This document shows, piece by piece, positions 60,487-64,000 of a DNA stretch of 64,000 nt. Source of the DNA: Podarcis bocagei (Eukaryota); assembly GCA_964188305.1 (NCBI GenBank), contig OZ076885.1. One strand, written 5' to 3'. The notes under the pieces are model-generated. The model had not been told where the DNA came from. It did not search any database and saw nothing but the letters and a program-made list of their open reading frames with translations. Numbering within the stretch: the stretch's first letter is position 1; the number at the start of each line of letters is the position of its first letter. Both the position numbers and the translations under genes were made by a program.

Positions 60487-62944
60487 CCACGATGCCGCCT
60501 GCTGCTGTCCCACTTGGGACAGCTGAGGCTTTGCTGTCGGCGCTCTAGGGCCAGGCAGCGCCAATGGACCATGAGACTCCTTGGCTCAGGGCTAGTGCGG
60601 CCCTCCCCTTTGCACAGATATTGGGGAAGCCGCCCTTTCTTGTCAGCAAAGTATGTTGCCTCTGTGCAAATAGCAGTATTTGCCAAAGGGAAGAGGGAGA
60701 GGGAAGGGAAGGCTTTCTGATTTCCCAGGCCAAAGAGGAAGGTGTCTGCCAGATTAGGTGTGAGCCTCTTATGTTATCCCTCCAAGTGACCCTTTACCCT
60801 GTTCCATTGCACACAGTGCCTTTTCCTGTGTTGCTCATGAAGAGAGAAACTGAGCTTGTGTGAGAGCTGCCAGGAGATACTGTGAGGTATGCTTTGTGTT
60901 GTGGGCCAAGGCTGAATGGGCCATTTATGATGAGAGTTGCATGAAGGTGATCAGTTCTCCCTTTGAGTGCCATTCCTCCTTGCCATGCCCTCTGTGTGCA
61001 GTAGTGCATGTGTTTGCGCTTGTACTCAGTCCATCCTGGCTAGTGTGCAGGTTATAAGGCGAGGTTGCCCTTTTCTGGCTCCTGGCTGTGTGGGATGATG
61101 CCCCAGGATCCAAATACATCTCCCTTTGTGAGGGAACCTTACGTGGTGTATTGCTGAGTAAGAAGGAACCAAACCGTTGGATGCTCCGTCCAGCAGGTCT
61201 TTCTAAAGGAGAAAGAGAGACTGCACCTACTGCATTGTGGTTGTTGTGTTGGAAACCCTTGGCTTCATTAGTTAAGTGTGTTGTGGTGTGATAGGTCAAC
61301 CATAGACATGCGGTGCCCTGTGCTGCTTTGCAATCTAGGAGGCTCTGCCGAATGCCAGCTTCCCTGTTACTTGATGTAATGGCTGCTGTCAACATTCCTT
61401 GTTGTTCCTGGTGCTTTGTAGCTGGTTGGAGGAAGAGGCAGTTTCAAAACATTTTCTGCTAAAATGAAGAACTCTTCATTTCTTTGGGCCTTTAGTACAT
61501 GACTGAGAGAGAGGAGTCTTGTGCATATTGTTTCTTGATGCCTCCAGTAGCAAATATTCCAAACTGATGCAGTACAGCAACAGGCCTCAGTCCTTCCTTC
61601 TCTGAGAGGTAGGGCTTGGGAGCAAATAGCAAAAGGTGAGGCCAGCCAACCAGCCCTGCTAGAATGTATATATTTGAGCAATATACTGTGCAGCATATTC
61701 TGAAACTCCGAGGGTGACTGTTGCCACCTTCTGAAATGTTTAAGCCACATCAAGTGGCACAGGTAATTGTTGGCACCAGTGATTTACCTAAGGCCAAGGG
61801 CACACCAGGAGGACAGTGCCTCATAAGCACCAACTTTCCCTGTGAGTATAGCAGCAGCCAACAGTAAGGGGATCATGTCAAAGGCTCAGAGAGTTTTTCC
61901 CTTCCTTCTGTGTAGGAAAAGATGATGGGTGGACATGCCGTCATAAGCAGCTTTTTCCCTTTAATTATTTCAGAAACTGAATCAAAGACAGTCAGATTCA
62001 CTGAAAGACTTAGGATGCAAAGAACACTTGTTCAGGGTGTTTTTCCGTGAGGAAGGATCTTTGCCCCAACCCACCAAGGTTATTTGCTTGTTAGAATGGG
62101 TTTTGTGCTTGGATTGCCAATCTTGGGTACAGAATCAGTGGAGTTCATCCCTGAGCAATATCAGGACAATGGGCTCTTATAATGCCTTGAATTCCTGTTG
62201 TATGGTGAGTGTGATTGCAGTCTTTGCCTGGACTGTGAAACTGGCCCTAAAAGAGGGAGATACCATTTACCTACCCAGTTCAAATTGGATTACTTGTGTT
62301 CCTACCAAATACATCTACAGAGCCAATAATAATGTATTTTAATTTTTTTTGCATCTTCCCAGTTACCTTTCCTTGCAAATCAGTTTATTTTGTTTTGTTG
62401 GTCTGTGCTGTCTCTCTTCAGTATACATCTGTACACAGTGCAGACCCCCCCTCCAGACTGTTTTCAGCACCAGTGTGCATAGCACGGTCTGTATAGTTGG
62501 ATTAAAAACTAGCTGTCAAGGTGTCCCATGGGGAAAAGGCACCTTGCTTTTTCAAAGTACTGTGTGCCTGTACTCTCCAACGTCTACTCCAGAGGGCAGC
62601 CCATTGTTGTCCTGATATTACATGCACTTGCAGAGAAAATGGGAGATCATCCAAACACCATACCAAATCAAAATTGAAATGTCATGAACCAAGCAGAAAG
62701 GAACACTTTGTTCATCCTTCTGCGGCTTTAAAATTTGCTACCCAGTGTATATTTAGCCTAGCACATGCCCCTAGGGATAAAGTGGGTGAACAGAGAATGT
62801 GGGATCGAACGCCACAGTTGGCACAATCTATTATTTCTGTGCGGCTCCCATTCAGTTCAGCGGCTCTTGCACTGAGGAACTTGGCAGTAGATTGTGCTCA
62901 GTAATGGTCGTCTAAATAACCACCAGTAGAATTCAGAGTTGTAC

Positions 62945-62950
62945 AATAAA
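62945..62950 (+). terminator. Candidate AIP polyA signal (alternative ATTAAA at 63272)
   Basis: AATAAA about 2.5 kb after the AIP stop codon; usage not verifiable. Confidence 0.35.
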
Positions 62951-64000
62951 GTTTCCTCTCTACCACAGAGTACTGCAAGAAAATGTTTTTGCTTCTGTTT
63001 TTTAATGGTTAGATTATTGTACGTTGCCTGTCTTTGAGCTACAAAGGTTGTACTGCTTTTTTCTGGACCATATCTATATTTGGAGCAGGTAGGGCTTTGT
63101 TGGTCAGCTTTGAGTCTCATGCTACACCTATCAAAGTCTCTGTACTGCTAGTGCAAATCAGTCGCAGACAACAAGCCTGGCTAACACAAAATCTTTGGGA
63201 AATAATTTTTAAAAATCATCATTGTGTTTCTATATTACAGGTTCAAGTGTATGGTATTTGTTTATATAAAAATTAAACATATTCAAAAGCAATTTGGTGA
63301 CAGTTCTGGCATCTTTGGGTCCTGGTGGAAACTAGAAAAGAAGCCAGAGGATTAAAAACTGGTGTGCTTAGTCTAGACCCCCGTTTACCTCTGACTTGCC
63401 GTCAATAAGGAAAATTGCAACTTTTGCTTCCAAGAATGAAAACAAGTAATTTGCTATAAAGGAAAGTTGAAACATCTGTATACCTACTCTCCTGTTCAAT
63501 GGCTTGAACAAGGAGTTGGCTCAGGAAATCAACACAGGCACAGCCTTGTAAGTAAAATTATTGTACCCTCTTCAGTTGACTTTCTGTAGCCTAATCCCTC
63601 CCCTCAGTGATGGGATAGAAATTTTATAAAGCAGCCCAGGAAGGAATAGAGCACTTCTGAAACGTGAAAAGCTTTAGCCCATGGGCTGCATACCCATAAG
63701 CAGGTTTTTCTGCTCAATTATTATTATTATTTGGTCATCTGTTACTAATAATTGACAGAACTCACTGTTGTGAAAGTTTACATCTGCTTGCACAACAGGA
63801 CTTCCACCTTGTTTTCCTCGCCTCTGCAGCCCCTATGGTTCCTAAAATTGTGGGAAGACTGCAGGGGGAAGGAGAGGAAGATGGAGTTCCACTATGCAAG
63901 TTCATTCCACCCGTGCACGGACTGTTACAAACAATCCAAGGAATTTGAAAAAAATAAAAAATGGGAAAGAATTCTACGAAAAAAATGTCTTGTGAGCCTG

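Noticed and set aside
60487-64000. Further protein-coding gene downstream of AIP
   Set aside because: ORFs are short, lack recognisable domains and form no exon chain; consistent with 3' UTR or intergenic sequence.

Overview
Vertebrate genomic DNA, very probably a lacertid lizard (inferred from Sauria-type SINEs, squamate CR1, Bov-B and Penelope-like repeats). Gene order: 3' half of AGBL2/CCP2 (+), complete 13-exon MTCH2 (+), a 5-coding-exon GLYATL3-like acyltransferase (-), complete 6-exon AIP (+). I built all exon chains by eye from GT-AG sites and checked them for phase. Two things stand out. (1) An intronless, catalytically intact, strongly basic secreted phospholipase A2 lies antisense inside MTCH2 intron 1; it has a group-X-type 16-Cys skeleton, a furin-type propeptide, a C-terminal tail and its own polyA signal. 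(2) A young, apparently full-length 8.65-kb CR1 LINE sits in the GLYATL intron; its 5' end is about 29 near-identical 152-bp monomers that are ATG-free and almost CpG-free, and its ORF2 is broken by one frameshift. Many MITEs, SINEs and LINE fragments fill the introns. Gene identities rest on recalled motif and sequence similarity; no database search was run.
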